From Lytechinus pictus (Eukaryota), in the NCBI RefSeq assembly GCF_037042905.1, contig NC_087263.1:6572001-6636000 (forward strand): a DNA stretch of 64,000 nucleotides. The letters are read 5' to 3'. Both the position numbers and the translations under genes were made by a program. Below, piece by piece: positions 37,730-50,126 of this stretch; positions within the stretch are counted from its first letter, which is position 1, and the number at the start of each line of letters is the position of its first letter. The notes beneath the pieces are model-generated. The model saw only the letters and a list, made by a program, of their open reading frames with translations. It ran no database searches and was not told the origin of the DNA.

Positions 37730-37874
37730 CACCTCGGTCACATTTCCCCTACGGCGGCACTACGGCGAGTCGAAATGAGCCGTTTAATTCATTTAAAACC
37801 ACCTAATATGTCGCTGGTACAAAAATGTTTTCGACTCGCCGTACGGCCGCCGTAGGGGAAATGTGACTGAGGTA
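37730..37874. mobile_element. 145-bp Harbinger/Tourist-like MITE
   Basis: ~45-bp TIRs (acctcggtcacatttcccctacggcgg...) and TTA on both flanks. Confidence 0.85.
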
Positions 37875-37918
37875 TTACTGAGTGGAGGGTCTTCGTTGCG
37901 AACAACTACTACCGTCGA

Positions 37919-38077
37919 GGGATCCGCTACACAAAGGTTTGCGATGAATCGGAAATATGAAAGATCCGCAATGATTGGTTCCCGGTCAGTATTTTAATCA
38001 GAGTAAGCATGCAACGATTATCTTGATTGGTCATCGGTATTTAGTGATTGATTGCAAACCTATGTGTTACGGAGCCA
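37919..38077. mobile_element. Small degenerate MITE
   Basis: Imperfect TIRs ggatccgctacacaaaggtttgcgat / attgcaaacctatgtgttacggagcc. Confidence 0.6.
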
Positions 38078-38099
38078 AGATATAAACTACCCTTCTATA

Positions 38100-38262
38100 C
38101 AGGGGCCGCGGAACGGTTTTCAAAGTGAGGGGGGGCTGAGCCAAAAGTGGGGGGGCTGACCATGCTAAAAATCACAATCATATGGTAATTTTTACGTTTT
38201 TGGAAAAAAGTGGGGGGCTGAAGCCCCCCTCCAGCCCCCCCCCCCCGGTTCCGCGGCCCCTG
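38100..38262. mobile_element. MITE with CAGGGG termini
   Basis: Perfect 15-bp TIR CAGGGGCCGCGGAAC; CTATA on both flanks. Confidence 0.8.
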
Positions 38263-38512
38263 CTATAAGCATAAGCGGAATACAGTAAGATAAGCACTTC
38301 GCGTTAGATTTTGATGTGTGATTTCTACCGGGTGATATAAAAAAAAAAGGTACACTTTACAATAATATTGGTCAATTTAATCAGATATTTGTCACGAATA
38401 ATTATAATAAATATTATCTGTCCGGAATGAGTAATGTGTCCTACATGTCTTATGTAATGTGTAACAGTTACGCTATGGTATTGATGAAATATTCAAAGAC
38501 TTGATATTATCA

Positions 38513-38735
38513 ACACTCTAAAATAAAATTTACCCAATATTGGGTAAAATGGGAACATGCATGTTTGTTGGGTAAAAAAAAACACCAAATATTTCATAAT
38601 TTTTTTTGCAATGTTGCGTTGATATTTACCCTTCAAATATGCATTTTACCCAATGTCATTAATATTTGGGGGAAAATCACCCAGTTGGCCTAAACATGCA
38701 TGTTCCCTTTTTACCCAATATTGGGTAAATTTTTT
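38513..38735. mobile_element. CACT-initiated foldback element (CACTA/EnSpm-like MITE remnant)
   Basis: Starts CACTCTAAAA; ~40-bp inverted arms aatttacccaatattgggtaaaa.gggaacatgcatgttt. Confidence 0.6.
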
Positions 38736-39684
38736 GTTTCTGTTTAGATTGAATCGGCTTGTACAAACTGCCATGAATAAATTTTGTCGACAGTCATTGA
38801 AACCATAATTGGAATAGAGCTGAAATATTTTCAATGACATTTATGTGAGAGGTGATAGTGATAGTGTCAATTTTATATTCCCCTAATTTCAAAGTTGAAA
38901 ATCATCTTGCAATTACTTTCTGCAAATCTTTTAGGATAACGGCTTCATGGGAAATAGATTCATTGCAGTGCACTGACTGGGGGATCTTCAGATTTAGTAG
39001 CTAAATTAATAAGTAAATGGATGACATGAAAAACAGCAGCTTATATCACACATATTGGAGAGGGTTTTCTGAAATTAGATGATGTCTCTCCTTTCCCGAA
39101 ATTAATAATAGATTAACATTACTTTCAACTGAATAAGTAGAAACTATATCAATCTGGATTTAACCCTAGAACCGAGATCAAAGATTAATGCAAAATAAGA
39201 TTTTTGTATTTTTTCTTGATTTCACTTATTTCGAATTTAGTACTATATATTTTCGTAATTATACAAGATATGTAAATGGGCTAAAATTCAAAGCTACAAC
39301 TGTCTAATCTTTGTTAACAAGGAATTAAAGAATTTAAATAGATTTAATCGGAACTTCACTATTTATCCAGGATATTGGAACGTTAGATAATCATTAAACC
39401 CTTACCATGCTTACCAGCATGAGTGGGTAGATGATTCGATATGCAAACATCTTATTGCGAGTTTGACACTTAAAATCATCTCTCACTGACAAAAGGTGGC
39501 GACATTATATTTAAAGAATTATGTGGGTTGAGTTAAAGATGATTCGAAAACACAGTTTGAGGACAACGCGCTCCGCAAATCAAAGAGGGCACTTAAAAAA
39601 CCGCAAACAATCATGTATGACCCTGCAGAAATGGAGGTACAGTATGTATACCAATATTCACACTTTTTGCGAGTCTTAAATCTG

Positions 39685-40500
39685 CAGTGTAGGGAAAGGC
39701 AGGGTAAGTTGAGCATAGGAGCAAGTTGAGCCACCAGCCCCAGGCCAATAATAAATGAGTCAGACATTGTGGTGGTGTCATGTATTGATGACCCATTGCA
39801 TAACCCCTAACCACACTACATTGTTTTCAACTTTGAAACAAAAAGTACTTATTTAGAGGGAAAATACAAATTTCAGCCAAAAAAGCAAAAAAGGATGTGA
39901 AATAGATAAGTGCTTTTACAAACACACGTCTTCAAATAAAGACATAAGAACAGCATTGTTAGTCCAGGTATGGATCTTCATTCTTGTCATGGTCTTTTAC
40001 ATGATGGATGCATAAGAAATGTGTTGATGCAAAATTATCGCATAAAGTTCGGACTGGGGTAAGTTGAACCATGGTAATTCTTATGGTAATATATATAATA
40101 AAAAACATATCTTTAAAAGCCATCGGTTTGCAGGCAGAAATGAGCAAATATACTGACTGTTGTTTTCCTTTTAGAGGACGGTAGTTTTTATAGAGAATTA
40201 GCAAGTGAAAACACTTTAAATAAAAAAATGACATGCTGGTTCTTCCCACATACATTTTGTACATAGATTTTGTTGCTCAACATACCTCACAGATGGGGCA
40301 AGTTGAGCCATTTGACATCTCTTTTTTCAAAGGTGACAATGACTTTCAGTGTTTGGGTAGAAAGTTATACATAGGTGAAAAATATTTCAGAAGAAATGTA
40401 TTTTAAGGCAAGGTACTTATTTCTTCAAGATTATTAATCATATCAATTCTAACATGCAAAAGGCAAAATGTGTCACAACTTACCCCGCCTTCCCCTACTG
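39685..40500. mobile_element. Non-autonomous DNA transposon (pogo/Tigger-like TIRs)
   Basis: gtagggaaaggcagggtaagttg ... caacttaccccgccttcccctac, with internal ggg(t/c)aagttga repeats. Confidence 0.7.
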
Positions 40501-40840
40501 ATCTTATATTGGTGAGTTTTTGCTTCCATGACGTCGTCAGGATATAGAAAATGTATTATTGAATACCTGCCTTGCATGTTCATGACAAAGCAGTCTTTAT
40601 AAAAAAAAAAGTGAATCAAAACAGCAGTTTCTTCTGTGACTAGATCTGGACAAACATATCATATTCATGTGCAAATTTTCGTCAGCTCCGAAACGTAGGA
40701 CAACTGCTGTAATTGGGTCACCAGTTTACAGCAAAGACCGCCCAGCTCAGTGTCCATTGTTAATTAACGGTAGTTTGAATACATTTCTGTGTTCTTGAAT
40801 GCGTCACCGCTGCAGGTGCCAAAACTTCTTTTATATTATA

Positions 40841-41644
40841 CAGTGCGTCCCAGAAAAAACGAAACCGAGATTTAGCGATGATTTATCATAACTTAATCAC
40901 AAATATAATAGACAAATGACCTACCAATGTAAAGCTTAGAATCTCCTCTTTCATCTGATATTACTTAGATTATTCCTCATCCACGCATGAGTGAGCAAAA
41001 AAATTTTGAAGAAAGGATACCAAAAACTCATTTGGCGGGGGTATCTGAATTTTAAAAATAAATTCACATGCCTAAAAAGTTCAATATCTGCTCTTTAATT
41101 TGATACCTTAATCACAAAAAATGGTCATGAAGTAAAAAAGTTACTTTCGCTCGAAACAATGCTTGTATTTCCATAATTTCATTAAATAAACGTGTTTTCA
41201 CCGGTTTCCCACAGAAGCTATCGCATGGTTAACAAAAGACTTCATGCATGGCTGATCGTCAACAAAAAGGAGTGTCGAGTGAGTTTGAACGCTAGCCTGT
41301 AAAACCTCTTCATTTTATGAAATTATTGAAATTCAAGCCTTATTTCAAATAACCAGAACTCTCTTATTTCTCGACCATTTTCTGTAATTGAGGTATCAAA
41401 TTAAAGAGCAGATATTGAACTTTTTCGAAATGTGGTTTTCTTTTTGAAACCCAGATACAGCCCGCCAAATGACTCTTCAAATTGTTTTGCTCATTCATGC
41501 GTGAATGAGAAATAATCTCAGTAATTTCAGATAAAAGAGGAGATTCTGAGCTTTACAATGGTAGGTTATTTGTCTATTGTATGTATTATTAAGTTATGAT
41601 AAATCATCGATAAATCTCGGTTTCGTTTTTTGTGGGACGCACTG
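40841..41644. mobile_element. Tc1/mariner-type foldback MITE
   Basis: TA|CAGTGCGTCCCA...TGGGACGCACTG|TA, with inverted arms of nearly 300 bp. Confidence 0.9.
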
Positions 41645-42140
41645 TATAGTCGACTATTAGTATGTTTTCGCACAACGACGCGAGCGGACCTTTGCGACGC
41701 AAGTTGATTTTGGAAGAGACTTTTGACCCCGTCGTAAAAAGCTGTTGAATAACCATTTTGCAAGCCCTGCAACGCAAGCTGTGTGGCATGTAAAAATTCG
41801 TCTTTCTTTCACATACGACCGCTCAAGCCAGCAGCCCGGAACTGCACCCCGGGCTAGATATGTCCTCAGAATCGATCATGATGCATTATGGCATAGATAG
41901 GAAAGTGGTTCTTCAAACAAATTGAGTACATTTCAAGGGAGAAACAAATGATTAAGGCTTAGATCTATAGCATTACAGTCTATCCATAGAGATAGCTCTA
42001 TGGTCTATCGTATCGATATTGCATCTATTGGTGGGTAGCTGGCAATTAAATTCGTGGGTCACAGTCTCCTGTCTAGCTAAACCGTATCAAATGCGCTGAT
42101 CTACACATCTAAAATCCGTCTGACTCCGATCGTCGGTGTA

Positions 42141-42456
42141 CGGACTTTTCGCAGTTACTACGGATACACTCTCTACACGCACCAATTTCTTTTGAAAATG
42201 CAAGTTAAATCACAATGGAGAGTTGTGCGGCTTTTTTGTCGAAAGTTTTTGGATCGGAACAGCATCGGAATCTCTTGACTCTGGACAACGACATATTTGC
42301 AATTGTTCGTCCGGTGCAAATTTTCGGATGATCTGCTGTCCCCTGTCCACCAACTTTCGACAAATGCCTCTAAGCTCTCCATTGTGATTTTAATTACATT
42401 TTCAAAGGAATTGGTGCATAGTAGAGAGTGTATCCGTAGTAAATGCGAAAACTCTG
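42141..42456. mobile_element. TA-flanked foldback MITE
   Basis: Inverted arms of over 110 bp (ttttcgca.ttactacggatacactctctac...); TA at both ends. Confidence 0.8.
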
Positions 42457-43359
42457 TAATATCATATCTGTGTCACATAGCAGTTGAAGGCAGCCATGAA
42501 TGGCGCCGCCTCAACAATTGAATGAAACAAACTCGTGCCCAAAACCCAGATCGACAAAGTCTATTTTTGCTTTTCTATTGGCATGTAATCCATCGGTTCG
42601 GAATCGGTTTTGTTCGCGTGGGTGGTGAGCTTTTAGCAGCTGGAGGACTCCGTTGTGGAACGTTATGCTGCATTGCGGCCCAGTCTCCGGACTTTGAAGC
42701 AGAGGGTCGACATGGCGTAACTTGTTTCGCAGGTGCGACTGACGCCAGGGTAATAAATAGTGCGCCACGAAATAGGAAAGTAGATAATCTGCGGGTAAAA
42801 AAAATTATATATCATTATTGATAAGGAGGAGTTTACCAGCGAATGTTTAGTTTCAGAGGTGAAAAATCCATCCCGCGGGGAATTTCTTCGACACGGAGGC
42901 CAATGTCAACACAGAGTAAACCCGGAGAATCATCATTATTGAGTTATTTGACTGGTCGAGGATGAACTTGTCAGAGTATCGTATCATGTTTGTATTGAAA
43001 ATAAAACTGCACGATAAGGGGCATTGAACAGGCGGAGTGGACATAGATCGCAAGTACAAATTTGATATTTCAACGACAATGACGGCAAAATGAATAATCT
43101 AACACCGATTTCCATCTTGTTGGTCGTATATGTACCCCTCCTCCTCCCATAGTTATGGCACTGCTGGTTTCTATTTTGAAGCAGAGATCAATACATTCAA
43201 ATGAAACAAGTCAATCTAGTTCAAATGAAAGAATATTTTCTCACACACGTTTAACAAAACGGAATATTGAACAATGCTAAACTGATGAAACTAACTCGTT
43301 GGAAAAAAATCCTCATGAAAAAAGAGAAGGACCAAAACGTTATTATTATTATAATTATT

Positions 43360-43628
43360 AGTATGAAAATAAAAATCCATATTTTATTGTTCGAAATAGA
43401 CATGAAATGAAATACTCCGAAAATTCGCTTTGCCCCATTGATCGTGGGCCCGACAGCCGCTGTGCAGTGCCAGATCGACGAGGCTCTATCCCTTTAATCG
43501 TTGAACGCCAAACAGGGTAGCAGCAACTGCCATCTTTTAACGTCTTTTGGTCTGACGCGGCCGGGGTTCGAACTCCTGACCTTCCGGTTGTGAGACGGAC
43601 GCTCTACCAACTGAGCCAACACACTGGT
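43360..43628 (-). mobile_element. tRNA-derived SINE with Meta-like central domain
   Basis: A box TGGCTCAGTTGG and B box GAGTTCGAACCC, then gtcagaccaaaagacgttaaaagatggcagttgctgctaccctgtttggcg; the head lacks a pairing acceptor stem. Confidence 0.8.
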
Positions 43629-45540
43629 AATCATCATCATCATTATTACTATTATCATTATTATCATCATCATCATCATCTTCATCATTATTGTTATTAT
43701 TCAGACAGAAACCTGCGTAAATTGCTTTACCTGATAATCAAATAATGTAGTTTTTTTATTTGCCTAAGACTAAGGCTCATTATACCTGTGTGAATTAGAC
43801 CTTAGAAAGCATAATCTATGAGAAATACGTAAAATTATTATTCGTACAGTTTCATTATATTGCAACTTTCAGAAGAAATGTTTAATTAAAACAAGCACTG
43901 TATTCAGATTATAGGTACGATGGCAACCATTTAATTATAAACCAATGCACATGATGTAAACAAATTTGTAAATTAGATGGTCATCCAGGAAACTATACCA
44001 TGTATACCATGATTCCAAAATTGTATCGTTCCTTACAATGGGTACCTTCGCTCAAATTCTAATTAAAACGCTGGGTCATTACATAGGCCTAGTTTTAGTT
44101 TGTAATAGATTTGGGATCTTTCTTCAGAATGACAATAATACTTGACCGATTTCATATCTCAGGGGACTCTTTGCAAAGCTCTTCCGATACACGATTGACG
44201 AATAAGAGCTTTGCCCACTTTCATATCAAGGAGAAACTACTCTGCTTGCTCAATTTGTGTGGTCACTTTTGCCTTGAAGGCTGATCTTAGATGTATTGAA
44301 TTGATGTCATTCTTGATATCCATGGATTATAAAAAGCAATAATGCTATCATCTCCCTCACACGTCATATCTTTAGAATCAAGATGACTCCGGCGATCCAC
44401 ATCAAGTAAAGTTCGACAGAAGAGCTACACTATATACGCTGAAAATGATCAAACATTTACATTAAACTGTTTAATCGGTTTATCGAAAAATAACGAAAAC
44501 AATATCATATTCTGTTGGGTTGTGAATATTGGAAACGTGTCATGTATGCATTTTGACAGTTGTAATGCCGTGTGAAGGATGACAAGATGAAAAGCATCCA
44601 ATACAACGCCTGGGAGATATGTTTTCCATTTAGACGAAATTCAAGGATTGCCAAAGAGAGTAGATCGACACTTTAGCATTTCTCAAAACTTTGTACCTCA
44701 GAATTATTTACTTTAAAATTTAGAGAAAAAAACTATGAATAGGAAAAAGAAAATACTAGAAACTATATACATAACTACAGATACCGCAGTGATGGGAAAG
44801 TTCCGTACTTTTCGTTCTCGAGGGGCATTTCGTCTTAATAATTTAAGATGGATTCTTATGTATCACTTATTCATTGATAATGCCAAGATACGTGATAAAA
44901 ATGACATATTTCCACCCCCCGGGGGAATAAGGGGGAGTAAGCCAATCAGAGAGTAAGTCAATAATTTTGCGGGTTTTTTTACAGTTATTACAATTTATGG
45001 TACAATCATACCAATCCTTCAATAAATAAGTTGTTTGAATTTGTACCGGTGTATTGTACTCTTTCAACAAACACCCAAACTAATAATCAACGAAACAATC
45101 GGCATTTAATAACGAGATTTTTCATTAAGTGTAGTCATATGATTAATAGGCAATGAAATGAACATTTAGCCGAAGCAAGGACTCGATAATTTCCTGTTTT
45201 CTTTTTTTCAACTGAAGGCTTTATTGGATGCTCGGGTGAAGCAAAAATATATTCGGCAATATACAAACGACTCATAAATCCTGGTTGTTTTGATGCGTCG
45301 CATAAAAACGGATTATTCTTGAATTGAAAAAAGGAGAGAGAGAGAAATTCCAAGACGAATAAAAAGTGTGTGACAGATCTTTATTAAATACTAGATTAAA
45401 GTCATATAAATAAGAAATGATAAAAACACACAAGTAACGAATATTGTAATTAAACCCACGTTTGCATTAGCAACCCCTCCCTCATAAGCACACATACACA
45501 CACACACACACTGAGTCGTTTGCGTTGAAAGCGTAAACAT

Positions 45541-45712
45541 CTGGGGGTGTTTCATGAAAGTTTTCAGCACTGACTAAATTGTCGGTGCTGACAATTTCAG
45601 TGAAATCCTTGGTTTTGATTGGCTGTGAGCATTTGCCTCTGACTGTTACTATGGTAACTGTCGGAGAAAGCCAACTTGTCAGTGCTGACAACTTTCATGA
45701 AACGCTCCCCAG
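45541..45712. mobile_element. Palindromic MITE
   Basis: ctgggggtgtttcatgaaagtt.tcagcactgac ... gtcagtgctgacaactttcatgaaacgctccccag. Confidence 0.8.
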
Positions 45713-46928
45713 ATGTCACCAGTTATTCGTTCTCTCCGAATTTCTACATGTTAAATGAGCTGACACACACATACCCATTTATATCCATAATTTTCCGGAC
45801 GCAAACAAAATGAATTGAATTGAACATTGCTTAATTCTGGCATTTGGCATTATAATTTAGTTACCTACCCATGACCCTTTATACTGTCTCTTATCCAATT
45901 AAAAATTATTCTTACTTGCGATTCGAATAGAGAATAGTCATTTGATAAATACAACAACGTGCATGCATCCCTCCATAGAGAACAAAGTTTTCTGAGTCGG
46001 TTATGGTTGGAAATCAGTGAATACAATAAATTTCATTCCAAGTCGAATTTCCGTCACTATCAATGCAAAATGAGATGAGAGATTATTCTTAAAATGAAGC
46101 CTTACATGGAGATGTTCGAAATCTAAGAAAAAAAACCCCGATGAACTTCAAAACTTTAATAATAAATCAAATATGAATAATGATAGAGGAATAAGGAACC
46201 TTGCATCTCAACAATTTCTTAGGTTTTGGTCCTGTTTGCGTTTTAAGATAATATGCCTTGTGGCAATATAGGGTTAATCGGATTAAAGTGGATATAGGCA
46301 TATTGCTCCATTCTTTCTTTGTACGCACCATAATAAAATGAAACCGATGCTATGAAATAAGCTTTTAAGGGGCTCAAGCTCTTATTCAACTTAACATTTG
46401 ATCTCAACGTAGATACCTTGCCCTTAACTATAGTTTTTCTCAACTAACCAAAAACCCACCTTGATGTGGTATACATACATGAATAAACACCTTTAGAATG
46501 AAGAATATGACCTTTGAAAAGATCAAAAGGAGTTGACTGAAGTTAAAATTCAGAAAATCCAAGAGTTGAATATAGCACGAGATGGCTTTGGAATCGATTG
46601 GTCAGCCAAAGGTTCCTTTCATCCATACAAGCCCCTCCCATATTGCTATCAATAATTTTCGCGCGCAAAGCGCTATCTTCATGAGCAATATTAACCTGGT
46701 GCGTTTGACATGACGCTGATAAAACTCATGGGCATTTGTCAGGTTGACACCAAAGTTCGGATGCAACCTGGGAATGGGTGCTTCAACAGACTAGGAGGAG
46801 GTGAAAATTTCACTTTTTACTGATAAACTTTTTTATCTTCCAACCTGTCTAAGGAAAATAGAATTCCCTGTTACAGTGGCTAGTTTTTGTTTTAATCATT
46901 CGTTGAATACCACGAACTGTTGAAGCTG

Positions 46929-46981
46929 TATAAATACAACCCTGGTGTCTCCCGAAGCTGCACGTGCTGGCAGAGGTAAGT
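46929..46981 (+). promoter_or_regulatory. Candidate TATA box and short leader-exon donor for GPCR copy C
   Basis: TATAAATA at 46929, followed by GAG|GTAAGT at 46975/46976, 1.8 kb upstream of the ATG. Sequence-only inference. Confidence 0.35.
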
Positions 46982-48812
46982 TAGGGTGTTTAAAACGTTA
47001 TAATGTGTAAGGTAATATTTCAAATCTTTCACCCTGTCTTGGATCCTCTTCTCCCTAAAAACATAGAAACAGTTATAAGCTAGCATGATAATAATATTAA
47101 TACTAACAATGAAAATGATGATAATAATAATGTTAATAATGACTTTAATATTCATGATAATAAACAAAAAAATAATAATGATAATAATAACAATGATAAT
47201 AGTTCTTATTTACCAAGGGTAGCCCCTTTAGGTGTATATAAATCTTTTACTAGAGGGTGATACAAAACACAATGTTAGTGCAATTTGATTGTAATTATTA
47301 ATGTACACTTAGGTCGATCTTTAGATTGTTTTAATTATTGACATTATTATTATTTTTTATTTGGTTTTATTTTGTTTATGGAATACACAAGACAACTGTT
47401 TTATGAGCTAGCGCTATATCTTTCGAAAGTGCGTGCGGTCTTTAAATCCAAACAATAATACATTCTTCATACTAACTCGAAAAAGCGTAAAAATAATGTT
47501 GCTTGGATAAAGGTCATTGCTTTATTCTCGACGAAATTAAACAACCGCGGCTTCCCCAGTTATGTATATATATATATTTTCTGAATCACTGTTAGTATCG
47601 GAACCCTTGTGCTTTGAAATATCTACAAGAATTGTCACTAGTGTGGAAAATTCTAAGCGGTTCAACTTCTTCCCCGTCGGAACTACGTTATGTATTACGC
47701 AATAGAAGATTTATTGAATAATTATATTATTGATTGCTTGTGAAACTGCATTTGGCGTTGTTTGCTGGGAAGACATTGCTGCCGTTTGGGGGACGGTCGG
47801 GTCTTTTCTTGCTCATGATTAATATCGATTTTCTTATTGATAGCCTAAGTGAATCTTGAAGATTTGTTTGAAATTTGCATTTCTTCAAGCTATATTAAAA
47901 CAATGAGGTGGCATATGCTCCAAGCTGGTTCATAATACAGTATGTGCTGAATAGTGCTTCAACGTACTCTCATATTGTACATTAGAAACGGAATATACCA
48001 TGGAACCTTCGACATGAAGCCCTCGCCTTGTTCAGGATGCAGTAAAGAGAGTGTGTCAAACGGTGCTATTATACAGGAAAAAAAATTTACCATGCGCAAT
48101 TTCATACAAAGAAATAGTAATAATAATAACAATGACAAACTGTGAATAATAAAACAGTAGGGGGCGAGCCCCGCTTGCGTGAACCCTATTCTGAAAATTG
48201 TTGTCAAAATTAAATGTTTCCGTTGTTTGTTTGTTTTACACATAATCATGACAATTTTACCATTCTTTCTTTACCCCCCCCCCCACCCCCGACCTTAACG
48301 TTGATCTAGAGACGTCAAGAAGACTTCGTACCAGCCTGACATCCAATGGCAACACTTTTAATTACGAACTTGGATTTGGAGACCAATGCATCGAAACTAC
48401 TTCACTCTTCCCATAATTGTGTAGTGCTTGAATCATAAATTAAAATAAGGAATAACTTGAATTTCGACAATTCAAGGGTATTGCAAAATATATATATATA
48501 TAGCTGCTATACTCAAGTTGAAACACTTAAATGCTTTCCGGAAACTCCCCAGTGCATGTGTTTGCATGGTTAGCTAAGTATGATGGTAATTGGTACAGAA
48601 ATAACCGCAAGATTTGCCTTCTATTAAGATAATGAATCGATGTAATTACAATTAATAACAAATTAAATGCCTTTGAATCGTAGACTTTGTTTTGTTGCAT
48701 AATGACTGGTTTCTGAGCGTGGACACGCTAAATATATGCTTAGCAAGGTTGAATCAACCATTTAGATGCCAATTTGAACGATTGTCCAGAGAAGTACGCA
48801 CCTAAACCAACC

Positions 48813-50126
48813 ATGGTTTTTAGTAGTTCAAGTGGCTCGGCAGTAGCGGGAAACGGGAGTGCCATCTCCGAGTCTGTGGACAGTTACTCCTCCGATTACA
48901 ACGACAGCCTTTCTTCGGACCACACTTTCGATTACTCATCAAGCTATTTCTCTTCGTACACCTACGAGTATCCATTCTCTTCAACGTGGCTTGCCATTGT
49001 TCCAATGGTTGTTTCCATCTTCAGTGTCGTGACGTTCATTGGAAACCTTTTTGTCATCCTTGCTTACATCCGGGACAAACGCATACGGGCGAGCGTGGCA
49101 AACATCTTCATCCTTAACCTCGCAATGACTGATATCATAGTAGGAGCTCTGGTCTGGACGATCAACCTATCATGGCTCATAAAGGACCAATGGATACTTG
49201 GCGAGATCTTCTGCAAGCTTTGGTTGGTGTTAGACTACTCGGTTGTCCTCATATCCGTCTGGACAATGGTCCTGATAAGCTGGGACCGCTACTGTCTTCT
49301 GACGATGGGTATGAGGTACCAGACTTTCCAGACCAAGAAAAGAATTGGTGTCATACTTGGCTGCGTTTGGGCAGCTACATTCATCTGGTACTTCATCCTT
49401 GCGTTTGCATGGGATTCTATAGCAGGAGAAAACAAGATAGATTATACTGACAACTGTGAGATGGGGTTTGCGGTTAGTTTCTCGGGGACAATGCTCCAGA
49501 ACGTGATCTCATTCTTCATACCGTTTTCAGTTCTGATATTTTTCAATCTTGCGGTGTATGCTAACATCAAACGTAGATCGAGGGGTGTCGTAGGGCAGAG
49601 TCCTCCCTCAAACAAATCCAACCAAGCAACACAATCTACCGGGGTCAGTCAAGAAGGAATGGGCTCATCGGAAGGTCAAGGAAACAGTCCTCTCAGGGAT
49701 ATGAACGTTGCCGAGTGTTCAGAACCAGGCCCATCAACTTCTAGTTTTCGTACAACTGTCCAACATATCCGGCTCCCAGAAGACAAACCAGTCAGTGGTC
49801 GAATCGCAGTTGTGCCGAATACAGAAGAAAGAAGTTTTGCAAAGCATCGCAGAGCTGCGATCGTCCTGAGCATCCTCGTGGGTTGTTTTTTGATCTGTTG
49901 GTTACCTAGCCAAGTGTCCACTTTCATGTACGCAATCTGTGGAACCGACTGCGTCACCGACTTAACATGGGAAGTCACAAGTTCATTTGTTTGGAGTAAC
50001 TCGACTATAAATCCCTTTATATATGCAGCTACAAATAAGCTCTTTCGTCGTAATTTCGTGCACAGTTTATGCCTTGATCGATGGAGCTGTGACTTGAAAC
50101 GGTGCAAAGTCAAGCGCAAACGTTAA
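48813..50126 (+). CDS. Class A aminergic GPCR, histamine H3/H4-like, diverged copy C (~437 aa)
   Basis: First ATG at 48813 in good Kozak context (aaccATGg). NLAMTD, CKLWLVLDY, SWDRY, CEMGF, SFFIPF, CWLPS, VWSNSTINPFIY. Shares SWDRYCLLT, IKRRSxG and NPFIYAATN with the A and B copies. Confidence 0.93.
   Translation: MVFSSSSGSAVAGNGSAISESVDSYSSDYNDSLSSDHTFDYSSSYFSSYTYEYPFSSTWLAIVPMVVSIFSVVTFIGNLFVILAYIRDKRIRASVANIFILNLAMTDIIVGALVWTINLSWLIKDQWILGEIFCKLWLVLDYSVVLISVWTMVLISWDRYCLLTMGMRYQTFQTKKRIGVILGCVWAATFIWYFILAFAWDSIAGENKIDYTDNCEMGFAVSFSGTMLQNVISFFIPFSVLIFFNLAVYANIKRRSRGVVGQSPPSNKSNQATQSTGVSQEGMGSSEGQGNSPLRDMNVAECSEPGPSTSSFRTTVQHIRLPEDKPVSGRIAVVPNTEERSFAKHRRAAIVLSILVGCFLICWLPSQVSTFMYAICGTDCVTDLTWEVTSSFVWSNSTINPFIYAATNKLFRRNFVHSLCLDRWSCDLKRCKVKRKR

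Noticed and set aside
43555-43628. tRNA-Val(CAC)-like gene on the minus strand (also tRNA-like heads at 1171, 4428, 7771 and 11280)
   Set aside because: A and B boxes are present, but the acceptor stem does not close and the sequence runs into SINE body and tail; these are SINE heads.
48374-48386. 13-bp match (atttggagaccaa) between the upstream regions of C and the B genes
   Set aside because: Too short, at a different distance from the ATG, and without flanking similarity; may be chance.
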